From NCBI RefSeq assembly GCF_016432865.1, contig NC_067400.1, positions 576,910,001-576,974,000 of the forward strand: a stretch of 64,000 bases of DNA. Reading direction: 5' to 3'. Each line of letters opens with the position of its first letter. Position 1 is the stretch's first letter. The notes below the pieces were generated by a model. It did not search any database. It was not told the DNA's origin and worked only from the letters and a program-made list of their open reading frames with translations. Made by a program: the position numbers and the translations under genes. Of this stretch, positions 24,314-36,940 are shown in pieces. The stretch is from Antechinus flavipes. Lineage: Eukaryota.

Positions 24314-25609
24314 CAGTTGTCAAAAAACACTCTGGCCCATACAGGCAGGGTTCTCTGTAGAGGCTGGGAAATCCTTAGGCGAGGGGGAGTGGAGCACCAG
24401 CCCTTCCCTGGACTCAAAGTCTCCCTGGGTTCGGAATTAGTCCAACACAAGCTGGTGTAGGAGGGGGCTCCTAACTCCTTGTCTGATGGCTTCCTTTGGG
24501 GTCACTAAGTGAATGTGAGGGCTGTGCGATTATGATTTGTCATCAGTAGATTTTGCATTTGTTTTCCTGGGGTCACATAGACATTTCTTAGTGAGAGGGG
24601 ATCATGATGGGAAAGATGTGAGAAGTTTGGCTTGAGGGCACCCCTCCAGCACCAGCATCCTGGGGTGATAAAGAGGAGCCTTGGGTGGGAACCTGAGGGC
24701 AGGGAGCGTGTCATTAATGACCTCGGGGAAGTCCTTGCTGCCGGTGCTCATGAAGAGAGAGTCTTCTTGCAAACCTCACTTCTTACTGGGAGGCTTTTAG
24801 TAAATCGTTCACCTTCTGGGTCCTGGGTTCCTCATCTAAAATGTCTGAATGGGTTCCTGTGGGGCCCCAATAAGTACACTTGGATCCTTCCTCACTTCCC
24901 TGTTGTGTTCCATTCCATTCCCCATCTCTTCTCCGAGGAGGCAGTCAGGGTTTTAGAGACTTCATCAGATCTGGAGAGGGATGGATGAAATGGTGACTTA
25001 AGTTCCTCCAGCAAGCCTTTCCAGGCAGCTCTAAGCCCGGCAGGAGAGCTCGGGAAGCCCCAAGCGGGCTGAACGAGGCAGTCAGTTGTGATCTGTGTCC
25101 AGGAGAGCGAGGGGGATCCGTGCAGCCTGGGTGCCAGGGCCAGCCAGGAGCCTTGGCTCTGCTACTACCGAGGGCTGAGACCCAGGACCACGGGAAGGAA
25201 GGGGCTGCTGCCTGTAGCCAGAGCCAGTTCCAAATCCTGAGAAATGGATCCTGGGGGAAGGGAGGGCTGCTTTCCAGCACTAGTTTGGCACCTCTCAGAG
25301 CCAGTGGTCATCAGATGTGTCATGTGGAAGGCGTGGTGGGGAGGCTGGACGCTGCCACATGAACCTTTGTGTAAGGGGTCTGAGGGATTTCTCAGAAAGG
25401 GGAAAAGTTGATGGAGAATCCTCCGCAGGGGGCCCTTTCATGATTTAGTCCAGCCCTTTTTTTTACATGCTAGAGAATTGAGATATTGAGAAAAGAAATG
25501 GTCTTATAGGAAGTCCCACAGCTCGTGGCTGATTCGAATTCATGCAGACCTGTAATGTTTCCAAATTTGCAAGGGAGGTGCATCAAACCCCTCTTCCCCC
25601 CCCTCCATT

Positions 25610-26065
25610 TAAAAAAAATCATTTTTATTGATACCTTTAATGTTTTAATTATTTCTTCCTACTGCTACTCTCTACTTTTTGTCTATAGTATTTCCTAATG
25701 TCTCTCTTCCTCTCCCAGAGAAGCATGTTTTATAAGGAAAAATTAAAAAAAAAAAAGTCATAGAAGCCAGTTCCATGAGACTAACCAACAGATCCCAAAG
25801 ATCTGGCATTAATTCAGTGTTCCATCCCCACATTCCCCCAAACCTGCAGAGAACGGGATGGGCACCTTCTCATTTCTTCTGGGGATCCCAGTGAGCATGG
25901 TCATTGGAATGCCACAGCATTCCATTTCTAATTTCTAGTTTTCTGCCACTTTTTCCATTTGCGTTGTTGTAGTCATTTTTATGCATGTATATTATAATCA
26001 GTGTGTATATGTTTTCCTGGTTTTGCTTCCTTACCTTTGTATGAGTTCCCCTGCTTATCTCATTT
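25610..26065 (-). mobile_element. Old marsupial L1 3' fragment
   Basis: Contains atcatttttattgatacc…gttgttgtagtcattt…atgttttcctggttttgcttcctt. Confidence 0.55.
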
Positions 26066-29000
26066 TTGTTTTTAATAGATGAGGAAACATTCTGTGAAGG
26101 AAATTTTAGCTCCCAGGTAGTGCTTTGGAAAGCACTTTGCAGACCTGAATACTAGAGAACTGTGTTGCTTCATGTGTAAATGGCGCTAAATCATCCCTAT
26201 CTACCGGATAAATTAGATCTAAAATGTGTGTGAATTTCTTTTGCAAACTTTATAATTATCTCATTTGATTCCAAAATAATCTCATAAGATGATATTATTA
26301 CTATCCCCATTTTATAGATAAGAAAACTGAAGTTCACAGAGGTTAAGTGACTCTCCAGTTCTGAGGTTGATTTTTGAATCCAGCTCTTGATCCATTATTG
26401 GAATATACCAATACGTAGGATGCATCTGAGATGAGGTTTGAACTCAGTATTATCATAGACTCTGAAGAAAACTGGGGGATAAGCAACCCTGCCCCCTTTA
26501 TTTTTCAAAAAAGCAGCCCAATGCCTGTATAGAAGCAACTAAGATCAGAGCTAGTGAGCAGCAGAGCAGGGGTTTAAACCTGAGTTGTTTTTTTTTCCTT
26601 TACACTATGTTGCTCCCAAATCAAAACTGGGATTAGAACCCAAGTTTTCTAACTCGGTTTACTACTTTTTTGGGAGTCTCTGTGTGCCTGTGTATGTAAG
26701 CACTTTGTCAACCATCACCATGTTATGCCGTGTAACAAAGCTATCGGATTGTCTGTGCTCAGTCAGATGTGAATTATTCTCTCCACCCTGACACTCCCAT
26801 CTAACGAGCCAAGAAAGTTTCTTCCCCCAGGATTGCTTTTCTTCCTGAGAAACTGATTGGAAAGTACTGGGAATATGTTGACTATTGGTGGAAGATGCAG
26901 AGTTACTGCTGACTTCCCTTCCCCCCTCATTGGAATGTAGAGGGGATCATTTCTAAAGCTTCAGGAATTTGGATTTGAGGCAGTATGAGTAGGGAGGACT
27001 GCAGACCAGAGAGCAAGACCTGCCTTTGGGGTCCAGGGATATGGGGCTTGATTATCTCTGAAATACAGAACCAAGAGCCTGAATAGTCCTGGTTATTGGA
27101 GAGAAAAGTCTGTTATATCAGAGTTCCCAGAGAAATTGAAGAATTACAGAATCTCAGAGCTTGAAGGGATCCAAGGCTTCAAGATCATCTGGTTTTATCC
27201 CTCTTTTATTTTACAGAGGAGCAAATTAAGGCCCAGTGACTTGTCCTTGCTCTTGGATATTGGGCATTCCCAGCCCCAGGACTCTTGCCTTTCTGGGCCT
27301 ACATAAGACCTCCAGTCTCAAGTCACTGTCAGGAGAGCCCAAGAAGTACTTCTCCTTGACTCTTTGCGGGGTTCAGAATGGCATAGATGATTGTACTTGG
27401 ATTTGAGCGCCTTGCAAAGAAATACATTTAGATCTAATGTAAGAGAAAACTTTCTAGAGTGAGATGTTGGTGGAATGGACTGCCTGGGCTCCTCGCCTCC
27501 TTTTCCAGGGTCGGGCAGGACCAAGTGGTCAGTGAGGTTCCTCCCAGTCTTGTCCGAGTGCCTCTTTTGTCACTTCATATCTTAAGGGACTTTGGTCAAT
27601 CACATTCCCTTTTGGGACCTTAATAACTTCATCTGTAAAATGGAGTGGCTAGACTGAATGTTCTAGCTCTAAGACTTGTCATCACCTGGAAGTGCTTTAT
27701 GAACCGTAGTGGACGGGAGAAATGTGAGCTGCTCTTATGCTGCCCTCTTCTTCTCCCCTGGTCCTCAGGAGAGAACCGTAGGCTTTCTGCCATCCCAGGA
27801 CAAGTGGTGAGTGCCAGGCTTAGGCAAATGCCTTTGGCTTCGGGCCCAAGGAAGGAGGAGTCCTGGCTGAACTGATGCTTAACCCTGGTCAACCTCATCC
27901 CCCCCAGCAGGAATGACCTTCTGAGAGCTTCTCTGGTGGCTGTCATCTGGGATGCTGCTTCCAGCCTCCTGCCCTACCCTCTGCCCTTAGCAGGCACCTG
28001 GCCAGCCTCAGCACTCTGTGGTCCAAAGCCTGCTGAACTAGCCTCTTTGCCTTTAAACAGATATTTTGTTTTTAAGTATAATTTTATTTTCTCTTCTGCA
28101 TTTTTCTTTCTCTCTGTCTCTCCCTTCCCACTTCCCTCTTTTGTCCCCCTGAAAACAAAGAAAAACAAAACCAGTTTCAAACACATATACTCGAGGAAAG
28201 CAAATTCCTGTGCCGGCTGTGTCTCATGGATGCCTCAGCCTGCGCTCTGATCCGTCAGGAGGTGGGCCGCGTGTCTCCGCGTGAGTCTCAGGAGTCATGG
28301 TTGTGTGTTGCATTGATCGGAGTTCCTCCGTCTTTCAGACTTTATACAGACAGTTTTATTGAGCCCCTGCAGAGTATTGGGTTTTGGGCTTTACTGAGTA
28401 AAGTGGTCTGACCACAGCAGCCCATGATTAGGCCATTTAGGCGCTCGTGGCTTCCCATCTCTGGCCCTTGGAGCCCAGCCTGCCACTCACGGTTGGCTCA
28501 TATTCGTTTTACAGGGAACCGTTCTCTGGTAAATGCCCTCGAGACGTGGTATAGCTAGGTTTGGCCCAGGCTTCCTCAGGCTTTATCACTGTGTCCTTAG
28601 GATCAGGTACCTTGCCCTTCTAGGAAGTACAGCCCGAAGCCAGGACTTAGAACTTGGGCTCAGGGATCCTGGGTTAAATACCAGCTCTTCTACTGATTGG
28701 ATTGTGAGGACCTCAGTTTCCTTCTGTGTATAAGGGAGCTGCTGAAAATTCCATGAAACTTGTTACTTCCTCCCATGGGTAGAGAGTGGATTGTTAATAA
28801 TCAGGAAAATAAATTTTCCCCTCGGCCCCATCTCCTGTAAGCCTCTCTGGTCACTCTGCAGAGGAGAATAGCCTTCAATGGGGGCTCTGTTCTGAACTGG
28901 CTGCCTTCCAGCCCCCTCCCCCTTGTAAAAGTCACCGGCATCCCTGTGACCCAGGGACGTCACTGCTTGGGGTCATGGACTGTTAGCAGGGCCCCAGAGC

Positions 29001-31399
29001 GGTCATCTGTATTTTTACATCCTCATTTTAGTAGTGGAGACCCAGAAAGAATTCCCATCATTGGCGGGAGCCTCGGCTCTCCTGTGGCACTGCCTCGGAC
29101 CTGGAGTGAGAGCAGAACTGCCCACAGAACCAGGTGGCCTGGGCTCAGATGCATCACCCGTCCAGTATGGCCTTCTCTCTGGGACTCGGTCTCCCCCTTT
29201 GTAAAACCAGAGGCTGTGATGTCTGCCCTCCCTTCCAGCCCTCAGCCTTCGGGGTCTTTCGGTGTGGGGCTAATCCTGTTCTTCCCGGATGGGCTCCTTT
29301 GCTGGCTGCCTCTTCTGGCCAGCTTTGGGTTCCTGGGCACACCCCAGCCCCTTCTCCAGGAGCAGCACAGGCCCATTGTTTAGTCATCTAAGCGGTACCA
29401 GGTACAGCGGGGAGACTCCCTGGGCCCAAGTCCGCTTTGGAATTGCTTCGGATTTAAAACCATCCAACTGGAGTTTGATAAAGGAGGGAGGCAGGGGAGT
29501 GGCAGGTTGGCCCCGGGCAGGGGCCGGGCCCTCAGCAGGGATGGGCGTGGCTGAGATTACCGTGCCTGGCTCAGGGCCAGTTGAGTGAGGCAGGCGGCTG
29601 CATTGACCTTGGAAGCTGACTTTCCAAGGGTTGCTCCCCAGCCATGAGACCCACCTCAACAAAGTAGGCCATTTTGCCTTGCTTCCTTAATGAGAAAGCA
29701 GGGGCTGCTCCCCAGCCCCCCCCCCAAAGGGCCCCCAGGCTGAGTCGGAATCGGACCAGTCCGAGGGCTTCCCCACCTGCCCTGACCCCTGACATGTGCC
29801 AGCTGGGAGACCTTGGGCAGACCATGTTATGATTCTGTTTCCCCGTCTGTCAAAGCCTGATAGAAACATGAGCAGCTGTTAGTGTGAAACAGGGAGGCCA
29901 GTGCACGATGGAGAAGGAAGGCCGGATTATCCGGAGCCCCCCGGCCCACATCCCTTCATGGCTGGCCCTGCTTCCGTCCCGGGGGGCATGTGCACCTCCC
30001 CACTGGGGCCTCGTGCTGGCTCCCACTGCAGACTCGGAGCCTGCCGGCCAAGCCGGACGTTCTGACCAACAAAGACCCTCTTATCTCCTTCCTGAATGCT
30101 GGGGCTGGCCCTCCCCTGGAGCCTCGTTATTCTGCACTGGGGGCCTTGGGCCAGGGAATGGCCGGGTAGTCTGGGGCCTTGGAAGCCAGGATGGCAGCCC
30201 GGTGTCTGGTGCCGAATGCTCAAGGAATTAAAGCTAGTGCAGCCCCCTGGTGAGGCAGGTGGGGAGGCTGAAGCCCGGAAGAGAGGGCACCGTGATAGTG
30301 GCCCCCAGGGGCCTGGAAGCCAGCCCTTAGAGGCCACTCGTCTGCTATAACAGACGCCATCTTTCTATCAGCAGAGCCCAAACTCCAGGAGCCGGGTGAC
30401 CGACTTCAGGCTGATCTTGCCATCCCCCTACTTTCCCCGGGAACCCTGGGGCACTTGTGTTGGGGCAGGGCTGCAGGGAGAACGGCCCCAGCAGAAGGCT
30501 GAGCCTGGCAGGGGATCCACAGCAGTAATATTCGCGGCCAGTAATTGCCAGTAATTGTCTCTGTCCCCGTCCTGGACCCTGTGCAGCTGTGCTGACCGAG
30601 AAAGGTGCAGACTGTCCTGCTCTTGTCCCCGCCGAGGAGAACAAAGGGTCTGGTCCTCGGCCCGTCTTCCCCCCGCCTTCTCTTGCTGGCCCCCCCTTTG
30701 CCTTTCTCCCCAACCACCTCGTCTGCTGCCTCCCATGCTGTCTCCTCCCCAGAACTGGAGAACTCGGCTCCCTGGGGCTCCCCTCTGCAGTGCCCTTCTA
30801 AAGGGCGGCCCTGCTGAGCATGCTCAGCGCTCCGGGTTCCAGCTCTTGGGCTTCCAGTCCAGGGGACAGGGATCTGTTTGTCTGGGAAGCAGGGAGGAGG
30901 CAGCCTGGGGCCTCATTCCCTGGTGGCCTTCCTCCCTCCACTGCTTGGCCACAGACTGAGGAAAAGTGTCAGCTCAATTTAGTCTCCTTTATTAGGACTC
31001 CCCCCCCCCCCCCCCCCCGAAGTGCTATCCCCCAGAGCCTGCTTATAAATCAGCTCATCAGCAAGCGTTTATTAAGGGCCTGCCCGAAGGTCCAAGCCAG
31101 CTCTGCCCTCAAGGGGGTGATGTTCTAATGACTCAGGCGTGTTCATCTCTAAACACAATCTTAAATATCGGCAAAGGAAGCAAGAAGTTGGGGAGGGCAC
31201 TAGCAGTCCGGGAGCGAGGAAGCAGCTCTTGAAGCTGGAAGGAGGTGGGGGACTCCCGAGGGGCAGAGGTGAGCTTGGAGAGTTTTCCGGCTTGGGGAGC
31301 GCCAGGGCAGAGGCGCAGAGAGAAGATGCTGCGTGGGGGTGGGCAGTAACGGGCCAATGAGACCCTCAGGTCTCTCCCAGCTGAGACCCTTTCCCCTTC

Positions 31400-31690
31400 C
31401 TCCGCCTTAGCCCAGCCAGACCGCTCACCAGCCTCTGTATGGGGTCTTGACTTCTGTGTTGTTGCTTAAGCCAAGATGTCTCCATCTCCGCCTGCTGGCT
31501 CCTGCTGAATTTCTGACCATCTTTTAATACCCAGTTCAAATGCCACTTCTTCCAGGAAGCCTGCGCATGGTCTGGGCGGCCCCTGGGCCCTCCCTGCTGC
31601 TGCACGGATTGTATGTGTTCTGTTTAGGGGGAGTTTGTCTTTAACCAGCCCTGGCACACAGTAGGTCTCCATAAAGGTTTGTGGAATTCC
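31400..31690 (+). mobile_element. L2 3' fragment
   Basis: Contains cccagttcaaatgccacttcttccaggaagcc…cctggcacacagtaggtctccataaaggtttgtggaat. Confidence 0.7.
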
Positions 31691-32569
31691 GTGGTTCCCC
31701 AGCAGCGGCATTCCTTCCAGCAGCTTCTTGGGATGGGATGAGGGCCGCTTCCCTCCCTTACCTTACCCTGCTTCCTGCCATTCCCCCAGCCAGCTAACTT
31801 CATCAGGAAGCAGCCTGCCCTCCAGAGCTGGGAGTAGCAGTGGAAGTCCTCTGGGTCAGCAGCCAGGGAGAGAACAGCGGCCTGGGGCAGTGGGAAGAGG
31901 AATCAGTTCAGCTGATGAAGGATCTCTGTGTTGTCCCTGCCCACTAAAAGCTCCCATTGCAGTGGGACCTGGGTTCAAACCCCACTCTGCTCCTTGCCCT
32001 AAAGGTGGTGGGCAAGTCACAATCCTCAGTAGTCTCAGAGACGAAGGGCCTGGGGAGAAAGCAACCCTGGGCATTCTAAGCCAATTGAATGCCATCAAGT
32101 GCAAGACTCCCTTATGGTGGGAGGTACATTGGAACCTCCCAGATCCAGCCCTTGGACCAAAGAGCGGCTTTACCCACCCCCTTCCCCCCCAGCTGCTTTC
32201 CTGTACCTTCTTTTGGGTTTCCTTCCAACTAGCCTTCTTTTTTCCTAGAAATAAACTCTTTAGAGCTGGGCTTCTTAATTGCTTTTGTGTCATAGACCTC
32301 TCTAGCACTGGCAATCTGGGGATGCCTTCTCAGAATAAGGACATTTTTTCCTTTTTTAAAAAATTTACAATTAAAGGGAATGCTACATTTTAGTTCGAGG
32401 TTAGTGAATAAAGCTGTAATTTTTTTTTTCCCCATCCAGTATGTAGAGTAATTGAAGTCTAGCCCTACATCCCAGGTACAGAGCCCCTGTTTTAAGCTCC
32501 CATAACTCTATGGTTCCTGAGATTCTTCTGTGGCCTGAAAGAATGAGTGCTACATAGATTTATTTTGTG

Positions 32570-33975
32570 TAGAATTTTTAAAAAATAAAAAGTTCAACTT
32601 AATAAAGCCCCCCAAAATGAGTATTTCCATATACAAAATGAAACAGAAATGCATTGTAATGAAACTGTGAGCCTTTGTTGCATACTGCTAGTTTTTTCAT
32701 TTAATGACATTTAACACATTTAACATTTAACTTTCAAAACTTTGTTTCCTTCTGACCTTTTGTTCACTTTTTTTTTTAAAGTTTCAGTGACCCTGTTTTC
32801 TTTTCTCTTCCTTTCCTTTCCTTTTCTCTTTTTAAAAATTCTTTTTCTTTTCAAATCTATTACTAGCCTCTTCCTCAGTGCTTTCTCCTTTAATTTAATT
32901 AAATTGCTTTCTCAATTAAAAAATAAAACAAAAAACCCTTAAGATTATCATATAAATTTTCCCTATTAACATATTTTTCTCCCTAACTGCCCTTTCCCCC
33001 CATGGTGGGGGGTGGGTTGGGAGTAGGGGAGCAAATTCTTGGTAACCAATACACACAGTCAAGCAAAGCAATACACATATGACTTACTTTGGTCATATCC
33101 AAAAAACTCATGTCTCATTCTGAATTCTGAATCAGGAGGTAGCAAGTATCATCATCACTGGGGCCCTGAAATCATAGCTGGTAACTGTTTTAGACAGAGT
33201 TCTGATGGTTGTTCTCCTAGTTCTGCTCACTTTATTCTATATCAATTCTTATAAGACTATTCAGATTTCTCAAAAATTGTCCCATTTGCCATGCAATAAT
33301 AGTCTATTACATTCATATACCATAATTCGGCCATTTCTTAATTGATGAAAAATTCCTTTTTTTTTTTTTTTTGGTGCAACAGTGGAAAGATCTGCTATAA
33401 ATAACATGCCTATAAAACCCTTTTCTTTCTTTGATCTCCAGAAGTGTTACAGCTAGGTCACTTGGAATACCCAGTTCAGTCAGGCTTTGAGTGCAGTTCC
33501 CGATTGGCTGGATCAATTCATAGTTCACCAACAGTACATTAAGTGTGCTCTTTTCTGGCAGACCCTCCAACAATTGCCAATTTCCTTTTCTGTCCTCTTT
33601 GCCAATCAGATAGGTTTGGGGTGGAATTTCAGAGTTATTTATATTTGCTTTAGCTAGTTCCAGTACTTTGGACCATTTATTTTTAATATGACCATTAATA
33701 GCTTGGCTATCTTCCTTGAAAAGTGCAAGGGTTAGGGGGCAGCTAAGTGATGCAGTGGAGAGAGCCCAAGCCCTGAAGTCAGGACCTGAGTTCAGATTTG
33801 GCCTTAGACACTGTGTAACCCTAGGCAAGTCACTTAACCCCCAATTGCCTCAGCACACATAAAAAAAAAAAAAAGTTCAAGTGCCTTTTCATTATCCTTT
33901 GAATGTTTGTCTATTGGGGAATGGCCCTTATTCTTACATATTTGAATTAGCTCCTTATGTATCTTTGACATAAAG
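32570..33975 (-). mobile_element. Old L1 3' region (ORF2 zinc-knuckle C-terminus plus UTR), interrupted by a WSINE1
   Basis: ORF 33313..33828 (…SEIPPQTYLIGK…LLEGLPEKSTLNVLLVNYELIQPIGN…IPSDLAVTLL) is a decayed L1 ORF2 C-terminal domain. Confidence 0.7.
33735..33874 (+). mobile_element. WSINE1-type short marsupial SINE with A-tail
   Basis: Reads ggggcagctaagtgatgcagtgga…aagtcacttaacccccaattgcctcagc followed by poly(A). Imperfect flanking repeat aaaagt(g/t)caag. Confidence 0.8.
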
Positions 33976-34074
33976 GCTTTATCATCATGCTAGGGAGAGC
34001 TGGTGCCAGCTGTCCCTTGGCTTCTGCGATGATAACTTCCCCTTACCTCTGCCCACAGCAGCCTGAGTCTTCAA

Positions 34075-34275
34075 GTAGCTTGGCTCCAGAGGGCAGAAGT
34101 AGGACCCATGGGTGGAATTTGTAGGGTGCCAGATATCAGCTCATATAATTACTGACACTCAGGACTATCAGTCTAGTGGGCTTGCTTTCCTCTAACAGAA
34201 GGTGGATGACCACTTGGATGACCACTTCTTGGTTTTCAAGGAGGTCCCTGCTCAGATGGTGGTTAGATTAAGTCA
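34075..34275 (+). mobile_element. L3/CR1 3' fragment
   Basis: Contains ccagagggcagaagtaggacccatgggtggaa…ggtggatgaccactt. Confidence 0.6.
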
Positions 34276-34789
34276 ACAGAACATGTGGTTCCATATCAAG
34301 GCCAAAATGAGAGCAAAGTGTGAAGATTGGGGGCTTTGAATGAGATAATCTCTAAATTCTCATTTAGCCTTGACATTTTCTTATTATGGATCATGGCACT
34401 CTAATCAAATAACCCTACTTCACTTAGCCATTTTCATTCATTCTCTCTGTGTCTGTGTCTGTCTGTCTGTCTCTCTCTCTCATTTTGTCATTTTCTCTCT
34501 CTCTCTCTCTTTCTTCAGTAAGTAGTCAGGCCTAGGTTCAGATCCAGTTCTGATACTTAATTAACTGTAAAATGAGGATGTTAATACTTGTACAACCTAC
34601 CTTGGTGTGAATGTGAGCAGCAAGGATGCTCTGGAGGTTTTGTCCTCTGAGGATGAGAAGGAACTTGGAGATGTTTTGCTTGGGCAAGAGTAGATTCCAG
34701 TGGATGATTGCTATGTTCAAGTATTTTTTTTTGAAAGATTGTTATATGGAAGAGCCAATAAGCTTGCCTTGCTTGGTTCCAGAGCATGT

Positions 34790-35060
34790 CTAGTCAATCA
34801 GCATTTATTAAGCACTTACTATGTGCCAGACACTGTGCTGAGTGCTGGAAACACAGACACAAGACAGGTTTGCCTTCAAGAAGCTTAAATTCTAGTGGGG
34901 GAAGATAATATAGAATGGGAGCTGTCAAGGGTACTAGGTAGGGAAGGTCCTAGGGGGAGTCAGAATAGAGAAAGTTTAGAATCCAGGATGGAGCCTGCTG
35001 GAAAGGGGGAGCTCATAATGGATGGAAATATAGTGGGGAAGGGGGTAGAAACCTTGAATT
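34790..35060 (-). mobile_element. L2 3' end
   Basis: Contains tcaatcagcatttattaagcacttactatgtgccagacactgtgctgagtgctgg…ttcaagaagcttaaattctagtggggg. Confidence 0.75.
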
Positions 35061-35639
35061 GGAAGAAGCAGTTCCCTGGAGCTTATGAAACCCACTTCTC
35101 AGAGGCATGATCATTGGTCAGGCATGTGGTTGAGAGAATCTCCTGTCCTAAAATTATATTGTATTTGTTTTGTGTGCTTGTTGTATCCAACCCCAAGAGA
35201 ATTTAAGTTCCTTAAAATCAGTAATAGTTTGGGTTTCTAGCTCCATCAAGGCCCAGTGCCTTGTGAGAGCAAGTGCTAAACCTCTGCTTGTTGAATTGCA
35301 TCGAATCTAGAAAGTGGCTCTTGATGAAGTGGCAAAGACCTGGAAACAGAGAGGATGTCTGCCCGTCACCTGGGGAAGGGAAGAGTAAGTGATGGGACAG
35401 GAAGACAGGGGATGCTATTTTGCTGCCAACAATGGTGAAAGGGGATGGTTTCAGAGAAACCTGGAAAGATTTGTGTGTATTGAAGTAGAGAGAAGTGAGC
35501 AGAACTAGACCCATTTATACAGTTTGGTGAAGACAAAGAGTTTTCAGACTTAGGATCTCTGTTCTTGGTAGGGTTCCAGAGGACTCATAATGAAACATGG
35601 TTTCCACCTGGGAGTGAGGGAGATGACCTCAGCATGATG

Positions 35640-36940
35640 ATTTTGTTTTCACCATTCACTTTTATAATTTTTTGAGTTCCAGATTTCTCTCCCTTCCCTT
35701 CCCCCTCCCCAAAATAGCAAGCAGTCTGATATAGGTTATTCTTGTACCATCATATTAATCTTATTTCCATCTTGGTCATGTTGTGGAAGAAGAATCAGAA
35801 CAAACGAAAAAAATCACAAGAAAGAGCAAACAAAAAAGAAAATAGTATGCCTCCATTTACATTTAGACTTCACAAGTCTTTCCCTGGATGTGGATAAATA
35901 GTATTTTTCATAATGAGCCTTTTGGAATTGTCTTGGATCGTAGTATCACTGAGAAGTTGATCACTGAACAATGTTGCTGTAACTGTGTACAATGTTCTCC
36001 AGGTTCTGCTCACTTCACTTAGCATTAGTTATGTGAGTCTGTCCAAACTTTTCCAAAATCAGCCTGCTTATCATTTCTTGTAGCATAGTAGTTATCCTAT
36101 TACATTCATATATCATAACTTGTTCAGGCATTCCCCAATTGATGGACTTCCCCTCAATTTCCATCACAAAAAGGGCTGCTATAAATATTTTTGTACATGT
36201 GGGTCCTATTTCCTTTTATATATTGTCTTTGGGATACAAATCTAGTAGTGGTATTGTCGGATCAAATGCCCACTTTGGTTGCCTTTTGAGCACAGTTCCA
36301 AATTGCTCTCCAGAATGTATGGATCATTTCACAACTCCATCAATAATGCATTAGTGTCTGTTTTCCCACCTCCCCTCCAACATTTATCATTATCGTTTCC
36401 GTCATCTTAATTAATCTGAGAGGTGTGAGATGGTGACTCATAATTGTCTTAGTTTGCATTTCTCTCATCAATAATGATTTATAGCATTTCTTTCATATGA
36501 CTATAGATGATTTTAATTTCTTCATCTGAAAACTGTCCATATCCTTTGACTCTTTATCAATTGGGAAATGACTTATGTTCTTATAAATTTGACTCAGTTC
36601 TCTATATATTTTAGAAATGAGGCCTTTATCAGAAACACTGACTATAAAAATTATTTCTCAGCTTTATGCTTTCTTTCTAATCCTAGTTGCACTGGTTTTG
36701 TTTGTGTAAAATCTTTTTAATTTAGTATAATCAAAATTATCTATTTTGTATTTCATAATATTCCTTATCTCTTACTTAGACACAAAGTTTCCATTCTCTT
36801 ATCTTCTTATTTGACAGGTAAACTATTCCTTGCTCTCTTAATTTGCTTATGGTGTTACCCTTTTTGTCTAAAGTACATGATTTACTCATTTTGACCTTAT
36901 CTGGGTATATGTCAGCATACAGATTGCAGCAGTTTCTTTT
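35640..36940 (-). mobile_element. L1 3' fragment (about 1.3 kb, ORF2 C-terminal region plus 3' UTR)
   Basis: Same marsupial L1 3' motifs as 10540-11563 and 17845-18722, extending further into ORF2 (aatctgagaggtgtgagatgg…gcatttctctcatcaataatgatt). Confidence 0.85.

Noticed and set aside
31000-31018. C19 homopolymer
   Set aside because: It is an isolated low-complexity run whose length is prone to sequencing error, with no functional context visible.
33735-33874. tRNA-like A/B boxes in SINE heads (also the Mar1 and MIR copies)
   Set aside because: They are tRNA-derived SINE promoters, not tRNA genes, and show no cloverleaf or anticodon arm.
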